Shown: piece by piece, positions 1 to 12,798 of the stretch
Layout of the letters: the number at the start of each line of letters is the position of its first letter
How positions within the stretch are numbered: the stretch's first letter is position 1
NCBI GenBank assembly: GCA_001244265.2
Contig: CDLV01000008.1
Coordinates: 682,001-746,000, forward strand
DNA: 64,000 nucleotides
Origin: Microbotryum violaceum
Taxonomy: Eukaryota
Reading direction: 5' to 3'
The notes under the pieces: model-generated
Told to the model about the DNA's origin: nothing
Seen by the model: the letters and a program-made list of their open reading frames with translations, nothing else
Database searches by the model: none
Position numbers and translations under genes: made by a program

Positions 1-570
1 GGTGAGATGCGGAACGAGGCGGTGGACGGGTGAGAGCGAAAGGAGAAAGTGGTTCCTCGGCTCCGGAGACTCACGAGCGTCTGCTCGGCCTGTCGCTGGC
101 TGTCGCTGGGGAACGATCCGGCACGATCGTTGCCGGAGTCGAGCCCCCGTACGCCCAGGCCTCTCCAAAGCCGCGGCGGATGGGGAGTCCTCTGCGTGGT
201 CAAATGTACAAGCGCGGCAAAACTTCGGCCCCCGTCCCGGGAAACTGCCGGCGCGTTTGCTCAGGCTGCCCAGCGTCGACGGCCGCTCAGGCCATCCGAG
301 GCGCGGATGCTCCGTAGGCCGAGCGCTTCAACATACACTCCTGTCTTCTGGGCCTTGAAAGCCCGAGTTGGGGTCGAGGGGTATGAACAGTATCATAGCT
401 CAGTATTGAGTGAGGTTTCGCTGCATCGACTGCCTCGGACTGCAGTGATCTTGATGTGTGCGCACAAATTTTGCCCGGCGGCTGTGATGATGGGACACAA
501 AGCCAAGTCAAAACGTCGATCATGTTCTCGAGTTCATGAGTTCAGTTTTACAATGCAGGGTTTGTACACA

Positions 571-1626
571 TCAAGCGCTAGGCTTTCCAGTCGATACCAC
601 GGATTCTAGCATGAAACCCGGTGGTAGTTCAACCGCATCGTCGCCGTGCTCCTCATCTCCTCGCTCCAAGTCGAACAAGGTCGTCTGTGGGTTTCCTCGA
701 CTTCTGCTCTGTCTATCAACAGGGAGATACGCGTCGTTCCTTGACCTTCCGGCCAGGTCCGTGATGCGCCCCAAAAGGCCAGCTACCCCACTCAAGCCCC
801 CACTTGAAGGACCGGTCCCCGACCGCGGTGCAGCACCGCTCGCCGCCGTCGATCCCAGTCGGATGGTCCCTATCCGATCCTTCTTTGGTATCCCCCAGAA
901 TGCCCGAGCCATCCCATCTCGACCTTGGTTCGATCCGACGCCGGCGCCATCGCCCCATCCCAATGTGTTGAGGAAGGACCGACTTGAATCGACGGCCTTG
1001 TTCCACATGGGTCTCACCGAGGAGGATTGGTAGAGCGACGAAGTGGTGGAGAAGGGCAGTTCGTCCCCGTCGAGCTCGTCAAGATCGTCAAGATCGTCGT
1101 CTCCATCGTCGTTGTCAGGACTTAGCATGTGATTGGCGGTAGCGTTCTCGTCGTCTGATAGATCGGCTTGCAACGAGCTGGCCGCGGGTGAAGGTCGACT
1201 AGAACGACGATGCGGCCGAGAGGATGCACTCGTCCGATCCGATCTGCCGGGTAGTCGTATATGACTGGAGAATATCCATGGGTACTTTGTCCGTAGCCTA
1301 CAGGTGGGCCGATATGACAACATGAGCTCCCCATTTACGAGGGAGGGAGGCGGTGCCAGGAGCGTACGCTGACTGACCAATCCTGGGCGTCGGCGTAGAG
1401 CCTCAACGCATAAGCCCTCCGTAGAGAGATGAAGAGCAAGCAGGTGGTCAGGAGGAAAGTGAGTGGGAGCCACACGACGGGGGAGAAGGCGGCGTCGGAG
1501 CTGGGATCCGAGTAGGCCCAGACGGTCGGTACTGGTGTGGGTGTCGGGGCGTCGATCGAGACTATGAAAGAGGGAAGGTAAGATGGCTAGTCAAGTACGA
1601 GGTTGATGGTTGTACTGACGTGTCAT
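571..1626 (-). CDS. Hypothetical single-pass membrane protein (spliced, about 3 exons)
   Basis: ATG at 1626. Joining GT..AG introns gives ...SIDAPTPTPVPTVWAYSDPSSDAAFSPVVWLPLTFLLTTCLLFISLRRAYALRLYADAQDW|LRTKYPWIFSS... This is a hydrophobic helix followed by a long acidic, low-complexity tail (ORF 571..1473 frame). No family recognised. Confidence 0.55.
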
Positions 1627-2082
1627 TGCGGCTAGAACCGTGGCGATGAAGGTGAGCTGCACGTGACTTTGGGCCCGAAATTGTCAGAGGCCGACGTGCT
1701 GCGCCCACTTCTGAAAATTGGGGCGAGCGTGTTTGGTTGCCGGTTGTAGACGGTTGTGGTTATCCGGTCCGAAAGCGGGCACAGGGTGGTGCAACCCACA
1801 GAAAGCCGGTGGGTGGTCAAGCGGAGCTTTCTGCTTGCAGCCACGACCGCTGAGCCGCGGACACGAACTGGCGGTGACGACGCGGTGAACGCTTGCTCGC
1901 TCGGCCAGATCTCACGTTAATGCATTAGTCAGCAAGGTCTGGCGCTATGACCGCCTACAAGCTTCCTCGGCGTTCTGCCTCCTTCCATCCACGCTTGCGC
2001 TTTGATCAGACTCCACCGCTACCTTGCGATCTACCTAGTTAGAAATCCGTAACCCTTCACTCGGCGAAGTTCTTACTACATC

Positions 2083-3516
2083 ATGCCTCCAGCCCAAGAT
2101 CCGACCCAGTCATTGCTACGGTGGGGCATCGAGAACGCCGCTCCCAACTCGCTGCTGCCCCTCCACGAGGACATCCAAGCCGGACGTCGACCCGATCTCA
2201 ACACCGACATCCTCAAGGCCATCATGGGCACCACCGACGCCGACCGCATGCGCGAATGCCTCATGGTCATTGAGGGCAAGTGGGTCGACCGCGATGGGAC
2301 GGGGAAAGCTCAGGGCGTGGCGAAGGAGAATGCCGAAGTCACCGCAGAGGACAGGTACAGGGCTTGGGATGACTTGGAGATGGTCAGTTGTGCTTTAGTG
2401 TGTGATCCTACCTGAGCTGACACGAGTGGTCTCTCTCTCTCTCTCTTTTTCCTCATCCCATCTCTCTTGCCGAACTTCGCAATCGAAGCTCATCGAAGAT
2501 ATCGACAATGCCAACGGTTGGTTGCTTCGCACCAGTTTGGGCGGAGACCTCAACGACCTCAATATTCCGTACTGACTTGATACAAATGCCAACCGTATAC
2601 GCGCATCAGACATGCAAAACCTCGGTCTGTGGAAGCCCGTCGTCGCGCACCTCACCGATGACGACACCGACGTGGTCATGAGAGCATGCTGGGTCTGCGG
2701 CACCGCTGTTCAGGTCAGCAAAAGGCATTGCGCAAGCTGCTTTCATACATCACACTGATCAATACCAATCTGAACGCCTCTGCAGAACAACCCGAAAGCG
2801 CAACAAGCTGTACGTTAATCAGAGAAAGCTTTTCTCGTCCTTGGGTTGGTCACTGACCCATTCCGTGACATGTTGACCCCCAGTTCCTTGCACTGGACCC
2901 CTTACCGACCATCACATCGATCATCACGTCGGCATCGACTCCGATCGGGACGCGCAACAAGGCCATGTACTGCCTCTCGTCGACACTCAAGCACTCGGCA
3001 CCGGCCGTTGCGCGCTTCTCCGAGCTGCAAGGCTGGAACACATTGACACAATCTCTACAAGGTGTGTTTGGGTACTAGAGGAGCTTCAGGCATAATCTGT
3101 GCTGACTGTGTCTTTTGTTTCACTTGTTATCTGTAGATCCATCCCAAGTTTTGCGGACCAAGACCGCCTTCCTTCTGTCCCAACTCGTCTCGCAATCTTC
3201 TTCTCCTAAAGAGATGATTTCGTCACTACGCACCTCCAACACACTTTCGACCCTGCTTGCATCCTTGTTCAAGTCCTCGGCCACACCGACAGGGCCGGAT
3301 GGGGATTCTGCAGAGATCGACGCCGATTATCGCGACAAGGTGTTGCGATTCTTTGTCAACGCGATCGAGCGCGATGCCGATGCTTTACAAAACGAAGAAA
3401 AGGAACAGGTCCTCAAGGCTGTACGGGAAGCCGAGGCAGAAGGGTGGAAGGGTCAGGAGGATCTGGGCATGAGTGAACAGGAGTGGAATGCTTTTGTCGA
3501 GGCACTGAGTGAATGA
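2083..3516 (+). CDS. FES1: Hsp70 nucleotide exchange factor Fes1/HspBP1 (ARM repeats), multi-exon
   Basis: QSLLRWGIEN N-terminus; AWDDLEM|LIEDIDNAN|DMQNLGLWKP...CWVCGTAVQ|NNPKAQQA|FLALDP...RNKAMYCLSSTLKH motifs typical of Fes1. Confidence 0.92.
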
Positions 3517-3919
3517 ATGGACGAGGGTATGCACACAGTTCATAGTAATTGTTACACCAGCTCAAGATTGCGTACGACGAATAAGCACTGTGAATTTGCA
3601 AGAAGTGTTGCATCCTCAATGGCAATTTTATGGCTCCGCTCGGACCAGGTGGCGCAGGGTGGCGCCGAGCTGCACCGAGCACCTAATAATCGGGTTTCAC
3701 GGTGAACGGACCGCTCCCTCCTGTCCACTAACGGTAGCGTGCACTCGCAAGCAAGGCGACCGACGCAACAGCATCAAGATCCAGAACTACAACTGTCCCA
3801 TCGGCGTCTTTGCAGTGGCATCACTAGGCTCCCGCATCCCCCCACCCCACCTCTCGCTGCGCTCACTGATTCTCGGCCATCGCGGCGAGCTTGGACCCCC
3901 CCCCCACCCGCGGTCGAGG

Positions 3920-5400
3920 ATGACCATGCGGCCGGCACCACTCGCCATCGCCCCTGCACCATTCTCTCGTCAGCCGCTCAAGGCGATCTATCTCACATAT
4001 GTCCTTATCAGCATCTTGATTCGCCAACCGTATTGGATCCTGCGCTACTACTTGCGACTCAGGGTTCCGTACCCCCGGTCGTGGTCACTCATCGAAGCGC
4101 TAGGTGCACAATCAATGCGCCAGATGCCTCGACTCCTCACCCAGTGTGATCTCCGTTTCAACGTCTCCTCCAGGATCGAACTTCCTGCCAAGCCTTTCCG
4201 CCGATGTCGAGCGCTCTGGGTCCCCCCTGCTTCAGATGCTTGGATGAAGAAGGGTTCGATCGTCGATGACGAGATCGTCAAGGTTCGGAGATGCCCCGCC
4301 TACGTGTACGGTAAGGACCATCGAGGGTTGGGGCGGATGCAAGTGAAGAAGGGGGAACATGTTTTACTGTATTTCCATGGTGGGGCGAACCTCATCGGCA
4401 ATGCCTCTGAACTGGATGGCACTGCTCGTAAGTCGGCGCCCGTGAACGGAGCGAAAATCCTGACGGGATTACTCACCCGAATCTCCGAGTGCGGCCTCTT
4501 TCCATCCAGAGGCGGTGCTACAGCTCTTATCTAGGTGTTCCAAGACGCTACAACACGCCCTTTCGGTCGACTACACCAAAGCGGGCGACCTTCCCTTCCC
4601 AGCCCACCTCCAGGACGCGATCAGCGCCTACGCGTACCTCGTTTCAGACCTTGGGATCCCGCCATCAAGCATCCTCGTCGGAGGGGACTCGGCCGGCGGT
4701 GGCGTCGCCATGTGCCTGTTGAGGTACCTCAGAGATGTGATGAAGTTCGACGAGATGCCACGAGCCACGCTATTGCTCAGCCCCGCATGTGACCTCTCGG
4801 GCGATTTGGAAAGACTTCCCGAGATTGAACAGAGTGAGGTCGTCAAGTTGAGAGCGAGCCAGGACATGATGAATAGGGTGGTGGTCAGTCAGCTTCAACT
4901 CGAATCAAAATTGATGCCGGAGAGGACAAAAAAGCTGAATATTTGTTTTGCATGTTTTCCAAGTACAAAACCTACATGGTCAAACGACTCTTGCGCCACC
5001 ACCCACCTTCGTTGCTTCGGTCTCCGTATCTCTCTCCGGCATCCCCTCACTTCAAGCCGACCCCAAGCCTATTCAAGGGTTTTCCCCGGGTGTTCATCAC
5101 CTGTGGTGGTATCGAGACGTTCCGACATTCGATCGAAGAGTTGGCCTCGCGATTCCGACTAGGAGGCGTTGAAACGAGTTGAGTCGACCTCCGAGACGTC
5201 CTTCCACCGGCCAGTCCTCCCCTGAGCTGACGAGTAGTTGTCATTCAGCCTTTCATCTCGAGCCAGATGCCGTTCACGACTACGTTGTCATCCCTTTCTG
5301 GAACAAGGCGAGCAAGGCCAAGACGTTCGACTTGATCGCGAGCTGGGTCAATGACCAGATTTTCCCAGCGGCAACGAAGCACGTGGCAGCGCACATGTAG
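3920..5400 (+). CDS. Alpha/beta hydrolase (HSL-like lipase/esterase, Say1-like)
   Basis: YFHGG oxyanion motif, GDSAGG nucleophile elbow, LLLSP, C-terminal DAVHDY His; N-terminal hydrophobic segment; 3 introns. Confidence 0.88.
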
Positions 5401-6447
5401 GGCAGAGCTGATGAATGCGTGAACCGTGCTTTTCGTCTGTGTTATTTCTCGATTTTTGAACGGCTCGAAAGAGGCGGTGCGTTCTCTTGGCAGACGTCAA
5501 GAGCCAGGAGGACGAGGACTCGTGGGCAATGAGGATTCACTCGTGCACTGCAACGAGCGAGCAGAAGTTTTGCCACCGGTGACCCGACCCTTGGACCCTT
5601 CTAGACCGTAGGCAGAACCACTTTGCGATCGAAACAGCCGAGTGAAACATTCCAAGCTCTCGCAGCAACCCGCAAATGATAGGTACCTTGGCCCGCCAGA
5701 TCAAGAATCGCTGTTCTCCCTCGCCGACCCTGCCAAGCGTTCACCGAATCGAACGCGAGCTGCACAGCCGCAGAGCCAAGCACAGGCGGCGGTGTTCACA
5801 ACGTGAGCGCTGCGGGTGCAACTGCTACCCTCATCAGTTACCAAGTCTGACAGTAGTAGTGACCACCTCTTTCTAATTGGATCCCAAGACATGTTGGGCC
5901 TATCTTAGATCAGACGTGCCTCCGCCCACTTGGCGTCGGGCGACGGGCAGTCAGCCCAGTGAGCCAGCTTTGCGGGCAGGGATTCGGTAAATACATCTGA
6001 GTAGAGAAGGAGACCATTATTCTGCGTGGCGAGCAAAAAAGGAGCATTATCGACAACATTTGATGAGTGCGAGAGAGTGCGAGCGAGCGAAATCGGTCAA
6101 ACTACGTGTATCGGCCACCGGTGGGGCTCGGCCTGATCACACTACTGCCCTAGTGCAACTTGTGAATCTGAAATGGGTTTTGAGCCGCCGGGGTCCGCTT
6201 GGAGCAGCAAGCTCGGGCGGCTCGGCTGGCTTGGAGAGACTTTTTTGTGCGCGAGTTGGCCGCAAAGTGGCGCAAAAGTCTCGCAGGCACAGGTAGCCAA
6301 CGTTCTAAAACGTTCTGGCAAGTGGTGCGGTCAATCCGGCCTCCGATTGCTTCGCCTCCCTCTCTCCTTCCGCCCCCTCCCCTCACCCACAGCGCCCATA
6401 TCCAAACTCTCGCACCCTCCTACTTTAGATTCCCACTTCCAAACAAA

Positions 6448-8378
6448 ATGCGAATCTCTGTCTTCTCCGCTCTCTCGCTCGTCTCGGCTGCCCTTGCGCA
6501 ATGTGAGTACTCGCTATCTTTCTCTTGTGTGCTCATGGCGACGGTATCGGGGGCGGCACTGTTCAGTGATGATGCGCCGCCGGACGGACGGACGAAGAGC
6601 CCATGGGCCTGTGGCGCACGCCGATGCGCGCACGTCCACTTCACTTGACCCTGAACGACCACTAAGGTCAAAGGTGACCGTTGTAGGATACACGCAAACC
6701 CTTGCCACCATGTCTGCCCCACCAAACTTGGCCGATTCGTGGTGGCCGCGCTGATTCCGATCGCGCCAATCAGCCCTGGCGCCTGCGGATCATCCCGCCG
6801 CTGGGGGGTTGTTTGGAGCCCGAGAGCGAGGCGAGGAGGGCTCCCTCGTTCAACAAAAGCCAGTGCGCGCTACACACACCGACCGCTGGCCGTGGTCCAG
6901 CGAATTCGTGGCACCAGATTGTTACTTTTTATTTCAGACATCTGACTGACACTGTCCCGTTCTTCCCTTCCCTCTCCTCCGCCTTCGTTTCTTGCTCCCT
7001 CTCGGAACCCGCTCTCGGCTTCCCTCGCGCGCCGTTCGCGCTTTCCCATCCGTTCCTTTACAAACACCAGCCTTGCTCATCAACACCCCCACGTCGTTGA
7101 TCGAGTGCCAACCCTATGCCGTCACCTGGTCCGGCGGAATGGCGCCTTACTACGTCTCCGTTCTCCCCGGTGGTCAGCTCAGCGCGACGTAAGTGGAATT
7201 CTTGTAGCCCATCGCCTGCGACAGCGGAGTCCGCACCGATGCCGCTGGTTATATTTTCGATAACGATCGCCGATCCGCTTCGCACGCATCTCCGACTCCT
7301 CAGTCCCTTGATCTAACCATGTGCTAACCGCGTCCACGTTCTATTGTAGTGCCCTCACCACCCTTGACGAACAGCCTACCACCTCCACCACCTACACCTG
7401 GGTGAGTCAATCGAGTACCGTTGATACCCTCGGTCCCCACGTAGCTCCTGGTTCGCGTGCTGGCACCGACGATGCGAGTGATGCTCCGCATTGGTATGGG
7501 ACTGATGGCCTGATGCGTTTCTTTCCTCCAGATTGTCAACATCGCCTCGGGCACAACTGTTACCTTGAAGGTACTTGACTCGGCTGGGTGAGTGGTGGGC
7601 TCCGCAACCCCTTTGGTTCACTGGGCCGCGCGCTGACACTGGAAACCGGACCTCCCTGACGTCTGTGCAGTAACTCCGCCTTCACCGCTCAGGTCACGAT
7701 TCAAGCCGGGTCCTCTAACGCTTGCTTGACCGCTAGTAAGTTACGACGTTAAGGACGGGAGCTGTGCAGTTTCCGATTTCTGACCACCTCCCTCCGGTGT
7801 CTTTCTCCAGGCACCACTGCTGGTGCCGCCCCCACCTCCTCCTCGGGTGCCGCCGCCAGCAGCGCCGTTTCTAGCGGTGCTGCCAGGTGAGTTTTCGCTG
7901 CTATTGGGCGGGACTTGCTTGCGGCTCTCGGATTGACGCTGGCCACGCATTTCTCGCGCAGCTCCGCCGCTGTCTCGTCCGCTGCTGCCTCGTCTGCCGC
8001 GCCTGCGACCTCTGCGGCCGCCGCCACCTCTGCGTAAGTGCTTGGCTCTGCCAACTATGATTTTCATTTTGATCTCTGCATTCTAAATCGAGCTCTGGAA
8101 AATACAGCACCCCGGCCGCGACGACCACCCGTGAGGCCACCACCGCCGCCGCCGCTACCACCGCTTCGGCTGCCGCGTAAGCTTCGCTTCATTTCTTTGT
8201 GGGATTCGGTAATCTTGATCTGATGCTGATGTTTTCTCTCTCTCCTTCCTCGGGCACGGTTATGACTCCCAACAGTGCCGCTACTTCGAGCCGCGCTGCC
8301 TCCGGTGCCTCGCTCGTCGGCTTCTCCTCGACCCTCCTCGGTGTGGTCGGTGCCGCTTTCCTCGCCATCGGCGCCTAA
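6448..8378 (+). CDS. Secreted Ser/Thr/Ala-rich putative GPI-anchored cell-surface protein (copy 1)
   Basis: Signal peptide MRISVFSALSLVSAALAQ; domain SLLINTPTSLIECQPYAVTWSGGMAPYYVSVLPGG...LKVLDSAG|NSAFTAQVTIQAGSSNAC; S/T/A stalk; hydrophobic end LVGFSSTLLGVVGAAFLAIGA*. Nine exons with canonical GT-AG sites. Confidence 0.85.
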
Positions 8379-9043
8379 GTTCACACCAATGGACGGCCGC
8401 TAGCCAGCTGCCGCCTCTCTCCTTTCCAGCTTTCCCCTCCGTATACAAATGACGTACCTCCTGTCTTGGACGACCTAATTATCCCCCTCCGTTCGTTGTC
8501 TCTTGAAATTCTAATGCACTAGACCACCTCTTCTGGCTCCTATCGTCTCTGTTGTCTCTCCCGCCTTTCCCTTCGGGCTCGGGCACCCTTGAGCTCGCAT
8601 AGTCTGATCTTAGTCGCACCTGGCGCCACGTATACTGACTCCAGCGATACAAGTCCGCTTTCAGGCACGACATGAGCAGCAGACGGTCAAATCCGGCACG
8701 CACTGGGCGATCGCGGGAAGGTCGGCAAGTTTGTGGTTGCGTTAGATAATCTCCAACCTTTAGAGACTTGAAGACGGGAACTTTGGGACTGGAAACTTGG
8801 GGCGCTTGTCTGAGCGTGCGAGCGAGATCGCCAGCCTACCCCACGCGCTAGCGATGGAACATCGCGCCGTCCGTACACTGAGACAGGAAGACGGCGTGCC
8901 TTCCCATCTGCTGCCCGGCTGTCCGGTGAGTGCGCGCAGCGAAGGATCGGCGGACTTCACCCCTTCTTTTGCTCTTCGCCACTACATTTCATCGGCAAGC
9001 TATTCACTTTCTTGTTCATTTCCAGCTGTCCTTGGCCTTGACC

Positions 9044-10393
9044 ATGCAACCGATTCAATCGCTCGCTCTCTTGGTGCTCGCGCTCGCTCCTGGTCTCGCT
9101 TCGGCGCTTTCCATCGGTTAGTGGACGAGACTGCATGCACCGATCCGGTGGAAGAGCCTATCACGCGCACTAGCTTATCAAATCCTTTGGATTGCCTTCA
9201 TCCACACCTACTTTGGTCAAATCGCTGTCGCAGCTTCTCCGTCGCTTTACACTTGCCAGGTGAGGAACTTGTTCGCCGGACCGACGGTCTTTTTGGAGTC
9301 GGTCACCGGCCAGATACTGAGCCTCACATATAACCTACATCACTTTGATGCCTTGCTACACAGCTTACGGCCTACCAAACGACGTGCGTGAATGGACCTT
9401 GCAACATCCACAGTGCGTTGCACGGCCAGTGTCCTCATCCACAGTCCCCTATTCCGGCGCTGACGCGCCGAAATGCTCTTGAACGATCACAGTACGTGAC
9501 GCGTCGTCGCAGCAAGACCTCTGGACCAAGACGAACCTCTCTTCTGGAACGTACACCATCTCTTGGGAGCCGAATGTGGCCGCTGTTAGTCATATGGCTG
9601 CCAAGAGCTGGTTGATCTCCACGTCTTTTTCACTGACGAGAAACGAGCCCCGTACTTTTTCCTCGGGTGGGTTACTCCTGTTTCAGGGGACTAAAGTGAT
9701 CGCTTTCATCTAGTGCGTTCTCCGGATGGTCGCCTCGAGCGATGCCTAAAGTCTCTGTGGCTTACGCATTACCTATTCTACTCGACAGCGACTCGAGTGG
9801 TGTATCGGCGAACAATGCCGCAACAGTGGTGAACTCGGGCTCCTCAGACTGGTCAGTCAATCTATCGCCTATGTCATGCTATGACGTCGACCCTCAGCTG
9901 ACGTTTCCTACATCTGACTGTCTAGTAACATCAATGGTATGTATTTTGGTAGATACCCCATAGCACATGGAAGAAAAATTCGAATGGCCACTGACTCGAC
10001 TTGATGCACACCTTTTCACGTTTAGGCGGAGACGACTCGGACCACATGGGTGGCACCGGAGCTCCATTCACACTCCCCACCGGCAACAGCCAGGACAGCA
10101 AGGATTCATCAGAAGACTCGAGTGATTCGGAAGACGCACACGGAGATTCGAACATGAATGGTGGCCATTTCGGCAACGGCAACTTACAATCCTCGACGTC
10201 CTCGGACGGGTCCATCCGAGAGTCGTCGGCAACGTCGCTCAGTTCGAGCCCTTCGGCCGTGCTACTGGGATCGTGAGTCGCCAAAGTGACAGTTTGTATG
10301 ACTTTGTCTGTGGCTGACTATCGCCGATCCTGATCTAGACTGATCGTGGTGGTCGTGACCTCGATGTTCTTTGGTGCTGCTCTTTTGGCTTGA
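9044..10393 (+). CDS. Secreted putative GPI-anchored protein (copy 2)
   Basis: MQPIQSLALLVLALAPGLASALSI|ASPSLYTCQ|LTAYQTTCVNGPCNIH|IRDASSQQ...WEPNVAA|GTKVIAFIY|DSSGVSANNAATVVNSGSSDC|NING|GDDSD... ending LIVVVVTSMFFGAALLA*. Confidence 0.8.
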
Positions 10394-10636
10394 CGGTCGA
10401 ATCAAGATTGCTCCGCTCGCACCCCACTGGTCGATGGCGTGTGGACGAACCCAGAAGTCATCTTGTCCCCGGAGCGCAAACATCCTGACTCGTGGATCGA
10501 GTTTCAGTTACACTTTGATCACGAAGACTAGATACTTTCTGCAGCCTTGCTACTCTACATTCAACTTTCGCATCTAGAAAAGGACGGTTTGCCTTATCGC
10601 GCCGTCCTCCGCTTGTTTGTGAAATTCCTTCCCACT

Positions 10637-10658
10637 CCCCCCCCCCCCCCCCCCCCCC
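10637..10658. repeat. Poly-C homopolymer (C22), intergenic
   Basis: Directly visible run between GPI gene copies 2 and 3. Confidence 0.9.
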
Positions 10659-11070
10659 GACCCCGGGATTGCAATCTCATCCGTCTTCCCTTCATTCAGG
10701 TTTGGAAATCGGTGTGCAGAGACCTCTGATTCTTGGGAGTTTTAGCACCGTGCATATTCTCGGCTAATCAAGACGCAAGCTTTCCGAGCTGTCAGTGATC
10801 GAGCGGAAAGGAGGTGAGCGAGGTGGCGCGGCCCGGTCGGAGTGACCAAACTGCGGCGGCCCGGCCGGCGGGTGAGCTCGGTGAGATCTGATCGGCAGTG
10901 GTGCCGGAGGAGGTCACTCGGTGCTGGCCAACATGATTTTGTTCAGCTCGCTCACATCTTCTCACTTCGCTCCTCTTGCTTCTTCCTTCACTCACCTGGC
11001 CGTCGCATTCTCGAGTTCCCACAACGTCTCAAAACCCTTCAATATTGTCACATCCCAAACGTAGTTCCAG

Positions 11071-12798
11071 ATGCTCGTCGTCCATGTACTCCGTGCGCTT
11101 GGGCTGGCTGGGACTACGGCCGCTCAAGCACTGCAAATCGGTGAGCATCAACCCCAGCGCGGTTCAATATTTTAGATCCAACTGACGAGCCACGTGGCCC
11201 ATGTATCACTCCAAAGCAACACCCGTGCTATACACCTGTCAAGTGAGTGCCCCCCAAGCCCTGATCTCACGACCGGGACCAGGCGAGCTCCTGAAGCCTG
11301 GATAGCTGATTGAACACTGGTCGTGCGACGTGCTGCGCAATCACCACATCCAGGCCTCCGCCCTCGCGTACACCTGTGACAGCGGCCCATGTACCGTCTT
11401 CAGTGAGTTCCCATTCCACTATTACACCATAGGTTGTGTTCGCCGATTTGCAGTGCCCGAAGGAAGTACCGCCAACGCCCTGGCACCAGTTCGAGTCAGG
11501 GGTCTTTTCTCCTAGAGCCGTGACGTCATCTCAAGCCCTGTGCAGACAACGAACGCTAACGATGCTGTTCGTGACTCGCACAGTCCGTCCCTCCGATGAT
11601 CCTGCAACAATCTTGCAAAGCTTTGCTGGCCGAGAGACCGGTTCCGGTTCGGTGCGTGTCACACCCCGAGTCGTCTCGTCCTTAACACCATGCCGATCTG
11701 ATCTGATCTGGTCCATCATCCCTCTCAGGTCACGTATACTCCCGGGGCCATGGCGGTGAGTCATCAATTCTCCAATGCACACGTGATGATCTGAGCTTGT
11801 ATCCAGGTAACTTCTTCGACTTCACTGCGCAGGGTTCGTCGATCACAGCTTTCATCTAGTTCGTTCACTCCATGCATTCAGTCTTGTGATACGCTCGTCG
11901 CTGCCGGAGAATTTGACCGGTGGCTTTATCCACACCAGTGACTCGACAGGTAACGTTGCCAGCAATGCTCCCACCCAGGTCTTCTCTGGCTTGACAGGAT
12001 GGTAAGCTCAGTTTTTTCTCCCATCGCGGCCTCTGCTGACGAGCTACGCCACTCTACTCAAGCGGCAGTGGTAGCAGTGCCGGTGGCAGTCAAAGTGGTG
12101 GCAATGGCGGAACTGGAGGCAATGATAGTGGCGGAGTTCACGGCGGCGGTGAGAGTTGACCCTCCTCCTGAACAGCGTTGGATTTGAAAAAGCTCATCTC
12201 GCTCCGATGTGCGCTTCGACGTTTCTTCAGCAGCCCCGGCCAGTGCTTGGCCTTCTGCGGGGCCGAGTTCTACAACGAACAGTGGTCCCTCGCCCACGAG
12301 CAATGATTCCTCTTCTACGTCTGGTCAGTCTTGAATAACGCACTTGTTACCCACGTCCTCGCCCACTCACTGAGCCGTCTCCTCCCCCATGATCATCATC
12401 AGCAGTCAAGCCATCCACTTCCGACTCCGGATCCCCGGCTACCTCAACACCCACGACGTCTAGCACATCTCCAGCCGCAGTCACCACGACGAAGTGAGTA
12501 TATTGAGCTTAAAAATGCGCGACAATGTCTATCAGTCGCTGAAACCCTCCACGGTGCCTCTCTTCATCACTCCTTGCCACAATGCAGACCCATCGACTCC
12601 AACAACACGAGTCCGCCCATTCGGGCTTCGGCAGCCGGACCAAGCCTCAGCAGCACGTGGTGGGTCAGGCCCTCACGTAAGATATATCCTTTTATCGTAT
12701 TCTGAGAAGGATATGTACCTGATTGTAGGCACAGTACTCTCCTCGCCTCCGTCGTCATCATCACTACGCTGCTCCTCCGAGTCTTCGTCTCTTACTAA
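11071..12798 (+). CDS. Secreted putative GPI-anchored protein (copy 3)
   Basis: MLVVHVLRALGLAGTTAAQALQI|ATPVLYTCQ|ASALAYTCDSGPCTVF|IRPSDD...|GSSITAFIY|DSTGNVASNAPTQVFSGLTGC|G/S/T-rich stalk, ending HSTLLASVVIITTLLLRVFVSY*. Confidence 0.78.

Noticed and set aside
1-560. Several overlapping 80-190 aa ORFs
   Set aside because: No recognisable motif or consistent splice model; probably UTR/promoter or the edge of a gene outside the window.
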